Under the pieces are notes generated by a model. The model saw nothing but the letters and a program-made list of their open reading frames with translations. It was not told where the DNA came from and did not search any database. 64,000 nt of DNA from Bacillales bacterium UBA4694 (GTDB lineage: Bacteria > Bacillota_I > Bacilli_A > RFN20 > CAG-288), in contig DHKM01000002.1 of the NCBI GenBank assembly GCA_002404835.1, positions 27,866 through 91,865 of the forward strand, read 5' to 3'. Positions 1 to 8,620 of this stretch are shown here, in pieces. How positions within the stretch are numbered: position 1 is the stretch's first letter; each line of letters starts with the position of its first letter. The position numbers and the translations under genes are program-made.

Positions 1-543
1 TCAGCTTCTCTATCGACGATGTAACGTAAGACGACGGACTGGACACGGCCAGCGCTTCTGGATTTGATCTTGCTGTGAAGAAGATTGGATAGACGGAAAC
101 CCATCAGTCGGTCGATGATTCTTCTTGTCTCCTGGGATTCGACCAACTTTAAATCGATGGTCCGCGGGTTATTCATCGCCTTGAGAATGGCAGGTTTAGT
201 GATTTCGTGGAATTCAAGTCTCTTTGTCGTATTCACATCTAATCCGAGAACCTGAGCCAAATGCCAGGAAATTGCTTCTCCTTCGCGGTCAGGGTCGGTC
301 GCGAGATAGACGTCATCTGCTTTCTTGACAGCACTTTTTAGTTCTTTGACGATAGCTTCTTTGTCTTTGGATATGACATAAGTCGGTTTGAATCCGTTTT
401 CGATATCGACACCCAATCCCATTTTACCGGAACTTGCTAGATCCCGGATGTGTCCCTTGGATGCTAGGACTTTGTATTCCGGACCAAGGAACTTGCCGAT
501 GGTTTGGCTTTTATGTGGAGATTCCACAATCACTAATTTCATA
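1..543 (-). CDS. topA: DNA topoisomerase I, N-terminal TOPRIM part. The gene continues beyond the window start.
   Basis: I translated the minus strand by hand from the ATG at 543, which sits behind a GGAGGTG RBS. The product begins MKLVIVESPHKSQTIGKFLG...DPDREGEAISWH, the canonical TopA N-terminus with its TOPRIM acidic motif. The conserved dprA-topA neighbourhood supports the call. Confidence 0.85.
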
Positions 544-645
544 GTTGCACCTCCCTATCCTTATATATATTGTTGTCGTTGAAGCGTATTTAATTATTGA
601 GAGAGAGGCTATGTTTGTCAAGTGTTATTTTTTCCATAGCTAAAG

Positions 646-1476
646 CTATGATTTTTTCTCTTCTTTGCTTTTGCTTGCCGTGAGGATTTCCAACTTCAAA
701 TCATTGCTATCTAAAATCGGTTCAGCTCCTTGCTTGATCAGTTCATTGGTCAGCTCTGGATCATCAAGGTCCTGATTGCAGGGCAAAGCTAAGACGTTCC
801 GGTTGAAACTACTAGCCCAATAGACGGAATTATTGGTTCCGCTCCTCTTTTTCCCTGCACCAACGAACAAGGATGGAGAAAGAGCGGCTAAAAGTCTGTT
901 TCGGAAAAGAAAATTTTGAGGTTTCGCATTTTCGGATAGTGGATATTCGCTCAGAACGAGCCCTTTTCCGCTTTTGCAATAGTCGTAGATTCCGTCATTC
1001 TCTGTCGGATAGGGCTTATCAATTCCAGAACCGATGACGGAGATGATCGGTGCCTCAACTTCCATAGCGGCCTTCATTACTGTCGAATCGATTCCTTTTG
1101 CCATTCCGGATATGATGACGACTTTCTTCTCCGTTTTGATTTCGAGTTCCTTGATGAGTCTATAGCATGTATCGCTCTGATAGATGGTTGGTCTTCTCGA
1201 ACCAATGGCTGTAAGACGATACCTTTCGCTTAACAGGGAAAGATTTCCGTAATAATAGAGAATAAAAGGTGGTTTGTAGATATCCTTTAAACAATCTGGA
1301 TAGTTTTCGTCTACGATGGTGATGTAGTTGGCTTTTGTGTTTTGCTCAGCTTCTTCTTTGAGCTCCTTGGATAATGGGCGTTTTTCTTTGATGTAGCTGT
1401 ACATTTCATCCCATTTTCCCTTCTTCAGATATGATAGGGTAAGAAGAACTGATCGTGCTGTAAAAATGTCGTTCAT
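646..1476 (-). CDS. dprA: DNA processing protein DprA/Smf
   Basis: 276 aa with the Rossmann-like DprA core ISGMAKGIDSTVMKAAMEVEAPIISVIGSGIDKPYP. It sits immediately upstream of topA, as in most Firmicutes. Confidence 0.85.
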   Translation of the reverse strand: MNDIFTARSVLLTLSYLKKGKWDEMYSYIKEKRPLSKELKEEAEQNTKANYITIVDENYPDCLKDIYKPPFILYYYGNLSLLSERYRLTAIGSRRPTIYQSDTCYRLIKELEIKTEKKVVIISGMAKGIDSTVMKAAMEVEAPIISVIGSGIDKPYPTENDGIYDYCKSGKGLVLSEYPLSENAKPQNFLFRNRLLAALSPSLFVGAGKKRSGTNNSVYWASSFNRNVLALPCNQDLDDPELTNELIKQGAEPILDSNDLKLEILTASKSKEEKKS

Positions 1477-1515
1477 ATGGACCTCCTATAGAAGATGGAT
1501 TCTGAGATATTTTTT

Positions 1516-1549
1516 TGTCCACTGAAAAAGGAAGCAACGCTGTGCTTCC
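1516..1549 (-). terminator. Rho-independent terminator after rnhB
   Basis: Hairpin GGAAGCA-acgctg-TGCTTCC at about 1530..1549. On the minus strand it is followed by a T-run (plus-strand A-run 1521..1529). Confidence 0.5.
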
Positions 1550-2232
1550 TAGTCGAATAAGGATAATTGTTCCTCGATCATGGAACGTATGGGTTCGAAA
1601 GTCAGTCTATGTACTCCTTTGATAAATCCGTGTGTTTTGATGGCTTCGATATGGGCCTTTGTTCCATAGCCTTTATTTTTCTTAAAGCCATAGACTGGGT
1701 ATTTCTCATCCAAGGCAATCATATAATCATCTCTTGTTACTTTTGCAAGAATGCTAGCAGCTGCGACGGACTGACTTGTTGCATCTCCTTTTGCGATGGA
1801 TAGCAGTGGTATATTTGTATGAAGCTTCATATAATCGGTGATGATATAATCGACTCTATGTGCTTTGAGAAGTTCAGAAAGACAACATTCCATGCCCTGT
1901 CTATCTGCTTCAAGGATATTGATGGTATCTATGGTTTTGACATCGACAAGCTTTACATAATAGGCAAGAGCTTTTTCCTTGATTTCTTTTGCAAGCTCCC
2001 TTCTTTCTTTATCCGTCAGTTTCTTGGAATCGTTGATTCTGTCGTTCTCGTAGTCGGATGGAAGAATGACACCAGCTGTGGATACGGGGCCAGCCAAAGG
2101 ACCACGACCTGCCTCATCGAAGCCGGCAATGAATTCGATATGGTTTTCTTTTTCGATGTTCCTGTCATACAGGAAGAGTTTATTCGTTTCTTTCATAAGG
2201 GTGATCCAAAGAAATTCTTCCGATTGTTCCAT
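1549..2232 (-). CDS. rnhB: Ribonuclease HII
   Basis: Motif FIAGFDEAGRGPLAGPV with DEAGRG catalytic residues. The start may instead be the internal Met at about 2196 (MKETNKLF...), which would shrink the overlap with rbgA to 17 nt. Confidence 0.85.
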   Translation of the reverse strand: MEQSEEFLWITLMKETNKLFLYDRNIEKENHIEFIAGFDEAGRGPLAGPVSTAGVILPSDYENDRINDSKKLTDKERRELAKEIKEKALAYYVKLVDVKTIDTINILEADRQGMECCLSELLKAHRVDYIITDYMKLHTNIPLLSIAKGDATSQSVAAASILAKVTRDDYMIALDEKYPVYGFKKNKGYGTKAHIEAIKTHGFIKGVHRLTFEPIRSMIEEQLSLFD

Positions 2233-3046
2233 CGCGGAACTCTTTTAGGAAAGTCATTCGTGACCTTTGGATATCGGGCTGACCTTTGGCAAGAAACATG
2301 TTTCTGCTATTAGCAAAGGCAAGGAAGAATTCTTCTTCTTTCAATTGGTTTGAGAAGGGATATCGTTCTGATAGCAAATTCGGATAATGGGTTTGGATGT
2401 TTTCAAGAAGGTAATCCGTAAGAGGAATGATAGGGAGAATGTCGATTCTTATGGAACCAAGCAAAGCCAGTTTTGCGCTGATTTCCTTGTCTTCATAGTT
2501 CGGCTCGAGGATTCCCGGAGAATCGAAGATGAATACTTTGTCGGATACCTTGATCATAGGCTCGTCTCTTGTTTTACCTGGCCTGTTTTCTACAGCGGCT
2601 TTCTTTTTTCCGGCAAGGCAATTGATAAATGTGGATTTTCCGACATTCGGAATACCTAAGACTATGAAACGTTTGGCTGGAAGCGGAAAGTTCAAGCGGA
2701 GGAAGCGTTCATCCTTCTTGGTATGGATCTGTGACAGATATTTTAGCATCGGCTTAGCTGCATTTTTGTCCCGAAGATCAAAGACAAAAGGCTTGATTCC
2801 TTTTTCGGAAAGGATTTGTTGTGCTTCTTTGAAGGCTTTGGGGTCTGCTAAATCCGATTTGGAAAAGACATATACTTTGGCTTTATCTTGGGTGATTTTG
2901 TCTAGGTAGTCCGGGAATGAGGAAAACGGTGCTCTGGCATCCCCTATTTCGATGACCCCGTCGCACTGTTTGATCTTTTCTTCGATTTTGTTCCTTGCTT
3001 TGGCCATATGGCCTGGGAACCAGTTGATTTCATTGATACTTGACAT
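2180..3046 (-). CDS. rbgA: Ribosome biogenesis GTPase A (YlqF/RbgA), a circularly permuted GTPase
   Basis: G4-G1-G3 order typical of YlqF: ...GIPNVGKSTFINCLAGKK...DSPGIL. The N-terminus WFPGHMAKARNKI matches the RbgA start, so I chose the ATG at 3046 rather than the 3148 ORF start, which would run over the csoR promoter. Confidence 0.8.
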   Translation of the reverse strand: MSSINEINWFPGHMAKARNKIEEKIKQCDGVIEIGDARAPFSSFPDYLDKITQDKAKVYVFSKSDLADPKAFKEAQQILSEKGIKPFVFDLRDKNAAKPMLKYLSQIHTKKDERFLRLNFPLPAKRFIVLGIPNVGKSTFINCLAGKKKAAVENRPGKTRDEPMIKVSDKVFIFDSPGILEPNYEDKEISAKLALLGSIRIDILPIIPLTDYLLENIQTHYPNLLSERYPFSNQLKEEEFFLAFANSRNMFLAKGQPDIQRSRMTFLKEFRDGTIGRISLDHPYERNE

Positions 3047-3132
3047 GATAATAGGATAATTTTTTTCTCTTACTTTTTCAAATAGTAATTCGAGTGTAGA
3101 AACGATCCTTTTGGGTGAAGAGCCTTTGTTCC

Positions 3133-3161
3133 TTGAAAAATAGGGCATGGGGGTATATACT
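3133..3161 (+). promoter_or_regulatory. Sigma-A type promoter of csoR-copA (TTGAAA-17-TATACT)
   Basis: -35 TTGAAA at 3133..3138, a 17-nt spacer, and -10 TATACT at 3156..3161. It lies 47 nt upstream of the csoR ATG. Confidence 0.4.
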
Positions 3162-3195
3162 TATTCAGAAAATATACCCTATACCGGTATATTTA
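3148..3195 (+). promoter_or_regulatory. Putative CsoR operator (GGGTAT/ATACCC inverted repeats)
   Basis: GGGGGTATAT-N13-ATATACCC inverted repeat plus the perfect palindrome TATACCGGTATA, overlapping the -10 and the leader of csoR. CsoR operators in Firmicutes are ATACCC...GGGTAT-type pseudo-palindromes. Confidence 0.35.
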
Positions 3196-3207
3196 GGAGG
3201 TTTCACT

Positions 3208-3513
3208 ATGGATGATCAATGCCCTAATTGTGCCAAATACAAACATGTTCCCCGTTCTGAAGAGGAACAGAAATCACTGAAGAACCGACTTTCACGGATT
3301 CAGGGTCAGTTGAACGGCGTTTCGAAGATGGTGGAAGACAACCGCTACTGTGGGGACATCCTGATTCAGATTGCTGCAATCGAAAGATCCTTGCAGGAAG
3401 TCGGATATATGATACTGAAGACACATATGGATACCTGTGTACGAGAAGACATGAAAAACGATAAACCAGGAATTGTGGATGAGACTCTGGGACTTATCAG
3501 AAAGCTGAAATGA
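3208..3513 (+). CDS. csoR: CsoR-family copper-sensing transcriptional repressor
   Basis: About 100 aa. The start is the ATG at 3208 behind an AGGAGG RBS. The sequence ...NRLSRIQGQLNGVSKMVEDNRYCGDILIQIAAI... carries the C-H-C metal-ligand pattern of the CsoR/DUF156 family. It is translationally coupled to copA (stop 3513, start 3515). Confidence 0.8.
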   Translation: MDDQCPNCAKYKHVPRSEEEQKSLKNRLSRIQGQLNGVSKMVEDNRYCGDILIQIAAIERSLQEVGYMILKTHMDTCVREDMKNDKPGIVDETLGLIRKLK

Positions 3514-3514
3514 T

Positions 3515-6313
3515 ATGGTTGAAAACGAAAAATACGATGTTGAAGGGATGACCTGTGCCTCTTGTTCTAGCCATGTAGATAAGGCAGTCAGGAAAGTACA
3601 GGGAGTCAAAGACGTCAATGTCAATCTTCTGACCAATTCCATGGTAGTCACCTATGATAGTCCTGCAACTTCCGCTTCGATTGAGAAGGCGGTGGAAGAC
3701 AGTGGATATCATGCTCATCTTCAGAAAGGGAGAAAAGAAGAAAAAGAGGAAGATGATCTGCAGGATTGGGAAACGAAGAAGCTTGTCGAAATCCTTATTG
3801 CTTCCTTTGTCCTTCTTGTCCCTTTGTTTTATATTTCCATGGGTTCCATGATGGGATGGAATATTGGTGTACTTGCAACCCATCCGTTCCTCCTTGGACT
3901 TTTGGAACTGATTCTGTCTTCAATCATACTTTTGATCAACCGAAGGTTCTTTGTCTCGGGATTCAAGGCCTTGGCTCATGGTGGACCGAATATGGATACT
4001 TTGGTTGCGCTGGGTACCGGCGTGAGCTATATCTATTCCATATTCATGATGATCATGATGTCTCTTTATGTCCATATGGGTTCTACGATGGAAGAATATC
4101 ATCAGCTCATGCATTATTCTATGAATCTAGCTTTTGAGACTTCTGGTATGGTTCCCACCTTGATTACTATAGGAAAGACGTTAGAGTCCTATTCAAAAGG
4201 CAAGACGACTTCTGCTATCAAGGCATTGGTCAATCTTACCCCTAAAAAGGCCTGTGTCCTAAGAGATGGGAAAGAAGAAATCATTGATGCTTCCTTGGTA
4301 CAGGTTGGCGATGTAGTGTTGGTGAAACCAGGCGAATCCATTCCGGTAGATGGAACGATTCTTTCCGGAGATTCCAGTGTGAACGAATCCGCACTGACCG
4401 GTGAATCAATGCCAAGGGATGTGACCGTTGGAAGTAAAGTATCCGCGGCTACGATTAATGTAAATGGTGTTTTGAAAATCAAAACAACTCATATTGGTAA
4501 TGACACGACTTTCCAGCAAATTATAGAAATGGTAAAAACGGCAGCTTCGACAAAAACAAATATTTCCAGAATAGCAGATAAGGTATCAGGTGTTTTTGTC
4601 CCTGTCATCATGTCCATCGCGATTATCGTATTTGTCTTCTGGTTTGTCTTTGGAAAAGACTTTGTCCAAGTCAATGACCCCGATGATACTATATTGACCT
4701 ATGCCCTTGCCAAAGGTGTTTCCATTCTTGTTATTGCCTGCCCTTGTGCCTTGGGGCTGGCTACACCTGTTGCCATTATGGTTGGGACAGGGAAAGCTGC
4801 AAAAAACGGAATCCTGTTCAAAACCGCAAGTGCCATGGAAGAAACCGGTAAAGTCGATTTCGTAGTCTTGGATAAGACAGGCACGATTACTAAGGGACTT
4901 CCGGAAGTCCGGGACATCGTTTCCGATGACAAGAAGTCGCTTCTTAAGCTTGCCTATGGTTTGGAAAAGAACAGTGAGCATCCATTAAGTAAAGCGATTG
5001 TCCGTAAGGCGGAAGATGATGGACTGATGCCGGATACGTTTGATCATGTTCAGGCGATTGTCGGAAAAGGTATCCAGGGAATAAAGGAAGGAAAACTCTT
5101 TTTTGCCGGAAATTATGCATTGGTCAAAGAAAAATCAAAACCGGATGAAGCTTATTTGGAAAAATCTCTGGAATATTCCAGAAAGGGAATGACTCCTCTC
5201 TTCTTCATGGATGAGGAAAAGATTCTCGGTATCATCGCTGTCAGCGATGTCATCAAGGAAGATTCGAAAAAAGCCATCGAAGAATTCTCTAGGATGGGTG
5301 TTGTTCCAGTCATGCTTACAGGTGATAATAAAGAAACTGCTTTATCGATTGCCAAGGAAGTCGGAATCACTCATGTTGTCAGCGATGTGCTTCCTGATGG
5401 GAAACAGGAAGTCATCCGCAAGCTTCAGACAAAAGGAAAGGTATTGATGGTCGGGGACGGAATCAATGATGCCGTTGCTCTGACTCAGGCGGATATCGGT
5501 ATGGCTATCGGAGCAGGTAGTGACGTGGCAATTGATTCTGCAGATGTCGTATTGATGAAATCCACGCTGATGGATGCCGTTGCAAGCATACGGCTAAGCC
5601 GTCATACTTTGACCAATATCAAGGAAAATCTGTTCTGGGCGTTTTTCTACAATATCATCATGATTCCGATTGCCGCCGGTGTCTTCTCTGCAAGCGGCAT
5701 CGAATGGCTTGTAAAGATGAAACCTTGGTATGGTGCTCTTGCTATGGCGTTTTCCTCCGTGTCTGTCTGTCTCAATGCACTTCGAATCAATCTGTTCGAT
5801 CCTTATAACAGTAAAAAGGACAGGCACCATAAAAAGGTTGAACTCGAAGACGGTCTCCTTGTTCAACAAGAATACTCTAAGGAAGAAATGATAGTCGGAA
5901 TCAAAGGATTGATGTGCGAAAACTGCGTTTGCCATGTTAGGAAGGCGCTTGAATCCATAGAGGGAATCGATGTCGTTGATGTATCGCTGAAAGACAACCA
6001 GGCCAAGGTTACTGGTGATAAAATAAACGTGGATGAAATCAGGAAGACTGTTTCAAAAGCTGGATATGAAGTGGTCGAGATTAAAACATTCAAAGAAAAG
6101 GAGAATAATATTATGACAAAAACTTTGAAAATCGAAGGGATGATGTGCAAGCACTGCGTCATGCATGTGAAGGAAGCTTTGGAGAAGATGGATGGTGTTA
6201 TCAAAGCCGATGTCTCTCTTGAGAAGAAGGAAGCTGTCGTGACCTGCGACAAGGAAATTGATACGGCTCAGTTCAAGAAGGTCATCGAAGAAGCAGGATA
6301 CAAACTTCTCTGA
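3515..6313 (+). CDS. copA: Copper-translocating P1B-type ATPase with one N-terminal and two C-terminal HMA domains
   Basis: N-terminal HMA GMTCASC, then TM-CPC (ACPCALG), DKTGTIT, GDGINDAVAL, and C-terminal HMA repeats GLMCENCVCHV and GMMCKHCVMHV. Confidence 0.9.
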   Translation: MVENEKYDVEGMTCASCSSHVDKAVRKVQGVKDVNVNLLTNSMVVTYDSPATSASIEKAVEDSGYHAHLQKGRKEEKEEDDLQDWETKKLVEILIASFVLLVPLFYISMGSMMGWNIGVLATHPFLLGLLELILSSIILLINRRFFVSGFKALAHGGPNMDTLVALGTGVSYIYSIFMMIMMSLYVHMGSTMEEYHQLMHYSMNLAFETSGMVPTLITIGKTLESYSKGKTTSAIKALVNLTPKKACVLRDGKEEIIDASLVQVGDVVLVKPGESIPVDGTILSGDSSVNESALTGESMPRDVTVGSKVSAATINVNGVLKIKTTHIGNDTTFQQIIEMVKTAASTKTNISRIADKVSGVFVPVIMSIAIIVFVFWFVFGKDFVQVNDPDDTILTYALAKGVSILVIACPCALGLATPVAIMVGTGKAAKNGILFKTASAMEETGKVDFVVLDKTGTITKGLPEVRDIVSDDKKSLLKLAYGLEKNSEHPLSKAIVRKAEDDGLMPDTFDHVQAIVGKGIQGIKEGKLFFAGNYALVKEKSKPDEAYLEKSLEYSRKGMTPLFFMDEEKILGIIAVSDVIKEDSKKAIEEFSRMGVVPVMLTGDNKETALSIAKEVGITHVVSDVLPDGKQEVIRKLQTKGKVLMVGDGINDAVALTQADIGMAIGAGSDVAIDSADVVLMKSTLMDAVASIRLSRHTLTNIKENLFWAFFYNIIMIPIAAGVFSASGIEWLVKMKPWYGALAMAFSSVSVCLNALRINLFDPYNSKKDRHHKKVELEDGLLVQQEYSKEEMIVGIKGLMCENCVCHVRKALESIEGIDVVDVSLKDNQAKVTGDKINVDEIRKTVSKAGYEVVEIKTFKEKENNIMTKTLKIEGMMCKHCVMHVKEALEKMDGVIKADVSLEKKEAVVTCDKEIDTAQFKKVIEEAGYKLL

Positions 6314-6331
6314 TTATCGGATTTTGAAAAA

Positions 6332-6381
6332 AGACTTATGGATCTCTAGCTATTAGGCATAGAATCCGTAAGTCTTTTTGA
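6332..6381 (+). terminator. Putative terminator after copA
   Basis: AAAAGACTTAtGG...CCgTAAGTCTTTTT stem with a long loop and a trailing T-run. Confidence 0.35.
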
Positions 6382-6581
6382 TTGCAAGAAATCTGTAAGG
6401 AAGAAATCGCTTACATAGAATGGTAGGACAGCCGAATGGAGTGAAAAATCCTTTTTTTTTTACTTTTTTCTTCTTTTTATGTTTTTTTGACTTCTTTTTG
6501 TCGCTGAATCATTGAAATGTGATTTGACTTTACCATTTTAAAGGAATAGTTTATTCATAAATCAAAAAAGGAGGATGATTT

Positions 6582-7331
6582 ATGAAAAAAGGATTGCTTG
6601 TAGCATTGATTCCTCTTCTTTCTTCTTGTGGAATACAAATGAGTGTTTCCGCAAAATCAGACAGTGGTCCTTCTGAATCTGTTTGTCCTGTTTCTAAAAG
6701 CGACTCTTCGGACTCTGGGCCTATGGAAGAAACATATATGAATAAGGAGTTCGGTTTTGATCATATTACGGAAGAGGCTACGTTCGATCTTACGAATAAT
6801 GATGTTGAACTTGATTTCTTTTATGCCCAATGGCAGAAAAAACGAAATCCCTCCGTTTTCTATAATCATACCGTAGCACTTCAGTACAGGTTTTCGGATG
6901 TGCCTTATCCGGAATGGGACCGAAACCCGGATTATCATTTGTCCGTTGATGGTTGTGAAGCTTGTTTTCCAATCTCGATGAGGCAAGGCAAGGTGCTTTT
7001 TCTGGATAATGGAACGAAGAGTTTTGTGGATGAACACATTATTACTTCAGGGTCACTACAATATGATAAGTGGGAACCGGATCGATGTGTGGTAAAAACA
7101 TCTATCGAGATGAAAACATTTCTTGAGGGTGCGAAGACAGGTAAATATCTGCATGTTTTTTATGTTCCGTATCCTGCGGAAGACGGATATATGTATGATG
7201 AAAACGGAAACAAGTTTGAGTGGATTGACTACAAAGAGCCTTTCCATAGAAGCTCACTTATACAAAACTATTCTGTTGAAATAACGGATTCCGTTGTTAA
7301 ATTGTTCTATGAACAGGAACCGAATTATTGA
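6582..7331 (+). CDS. Lipoprotein, function unknown
   Basis: MKKGLLVALIPLLSSCG: signal peptide plus LSSC lipobox, behind an AAGGAGG RBS. No recognisable catalytic motifs. Confidence 0.6.
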   Translation: MKKGLLVALIPLLSSCGIQMSVSAKSDSGPSESVCPVSKSDSSDSGPMEETYMNKEFGFDHITEEATFDLTNNDVELDFFYAQWQKKRNPSVFYNHTVALQYRFSDVPYPEWDRNPDYHLSVDGCEACFPISMRQGKVLFLDNGTKSFVDEHIITSGSLQYDKWEPDRCVVKTSIEMKTFLEGAKTGKYLHVFYVPYPAEDGYMYDENGNKFEWIDYKEPFHRSSLIQNYSVEITDSVVKLFYEQEPNY

Positions 7332-7511
7332 TTTCGATAAAGAGATTCGTCATTTTCTTTATGCGGATTTGGAATTGAATTCTTTAAAGTAATTCTATTT
7401 GCCTATTGTTTGTTTCTTTTCCTTATTCTTTTTTTACCTAAACCAAATTCTATTTCTTTTTATCTTTCGGAAAAAGATTTATAATTACATCCAGAAAGAG
7501 AACGAACAAAT

Positions 7512-8519
7512 ATGTCAAAGAAAACAAATGCAGTTGAAACAGTCGGCAAGAAAAAGAAGCATCATATTCTTAGAGGAATCTTGATTTTCTTCCTCTCTCT
7601 TATTTTGCTCATCGTAATCTGTCTGGCAGCTTACAATGGAATCAAACATATCCGTTTCAAGGGATATTATGATATTGCCACCAAGATGAGAGACAACCCA
7701 GGATTGAACGACGGGTATGTTACTCAGGGGTTATGCTATCTGGAGGATGAGGACGTCTATCTGACCAGCGGATATATGACAGACAAGGAGAAACCTAGCC
7801 GTGTCTATTCCGTCGATAAGAACAACAAGCAACATTTTGCCGAACTTTATTATCTGAAGGATGGTGTCGAAAAGAATTTCTCCTATCATTGCGGTGGTGT
7901 CGCTAGCGAAGGCGATTATGTCTATGTGGCAGGTGCTTCCAAGATCTTCTCCTTCTTGAAAAAGGATATTCTGAATTCCAATAAGGCAGTTGCTGTGAAG
8001 AGTTTTGCTGTCAACAATGCCGCATCCTTTGTCTTTACGGACGGAAATTTCCTTTACACAGGTGAGTTCAATGATGATAATGCCTACAAGACCGAAAATG
8101 AATTCAAGAATACAGATGGGGAAGTCACAAAAGCCATCATTTCCAAATATGAACTTGCTTCCGTCGACAAAGATGAGAAGGGAACTCCTGTTCTTGAATA
8201 TGCCATCCGCAATTCCGTCCAGGGAATGTGTGTCACGGCATCCGGAAAGATTGTCCTGGATACCAGCTGGGGAATGAGCCCTTCCCATTTCTATGTCTAT
8301 GATGGATTCAATGGTACGGAAGATACTAAGGACGGCGACGTTCCGGTCATCTACCTCGACAGCAGATACCTCAAGCAGGACATCGTCGGACCATCTATGG
8401 CAGAAGATTTGGATTATCATGATGGAAAAGTGCTGGTGGCAAGTGAATCTGCTTCCAACAAATATATTTATGGTAAATTCTTCTTCTATTTCTCTATCAT
8501 GGGCCTTACCATCGATTAA
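7512..8519 (+). CDS. N-terminally TM-anchored extracellular protein, function unknown
   Basis: Basic cytoplasmic tail (KKKKHHILRG) and a single TM helix (ILIFFLSLILLIVICLAAY), followed by a roughly 290 aa Tyr/Gly-rich ectodomain. Convergent with the first GH3 gene. Confidence 0.5.
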   Translation: MSKKTNAVETVGKKKKHHILRGILIFFLSLILLIVICLAAYNGIKHIRFKGYYDIATKMRDNPGLNDGYVTQGLCYLEDEDVYLTSGYMTDKEKPSRVYSVDKNNKQHFAELYYLKDGVEKNFSYHCGGVASEGDYVYVAGASKIFSFLKKDILNSNKAVAVKSFAVNNAASFVFTDGNFLYTGEFNDDNAYKTENEFKNTDGEVTKAIISKYELASVDKDEKGTPVLEYAIRNSVQGMCVTASGKIVLDTSWGMSPSHFYVYDGFNGTEDTKDGDVPVIYLDSRYLKQDIVGPSMAEDLDYHDGKVLVASESASNKYIYGKFFFYFSIMGLTID

Positions 8520-8562
8520 GGACGAATAACTGAAGAATTTGTTTTGGCTTGTCAGATGAAAA

Positions 8563-8620
8563 AAGGACCACAGGATAAAATCCAATGTTATTGGATCATT
8601 CTGTAAGGTCCTTTTCTTTT
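8563..8620. terminator. Bidirectional terminator between convergent genes
   Basis: AAAAGGACCACAG...CTGTAAGGTCCTTTT long hairpin, with an A-run on one side and a T-run on the other. Confidence 0.45.

Noticed and set aside
3115-3207. N-terminal 31-aa extension of CsoR from the ORF track
   Set aside because: It would run through the inferred promoter and operator and has no RBS. The ATG at 3208 has an AGGAGG RBS and gives a normal-length CsoR.
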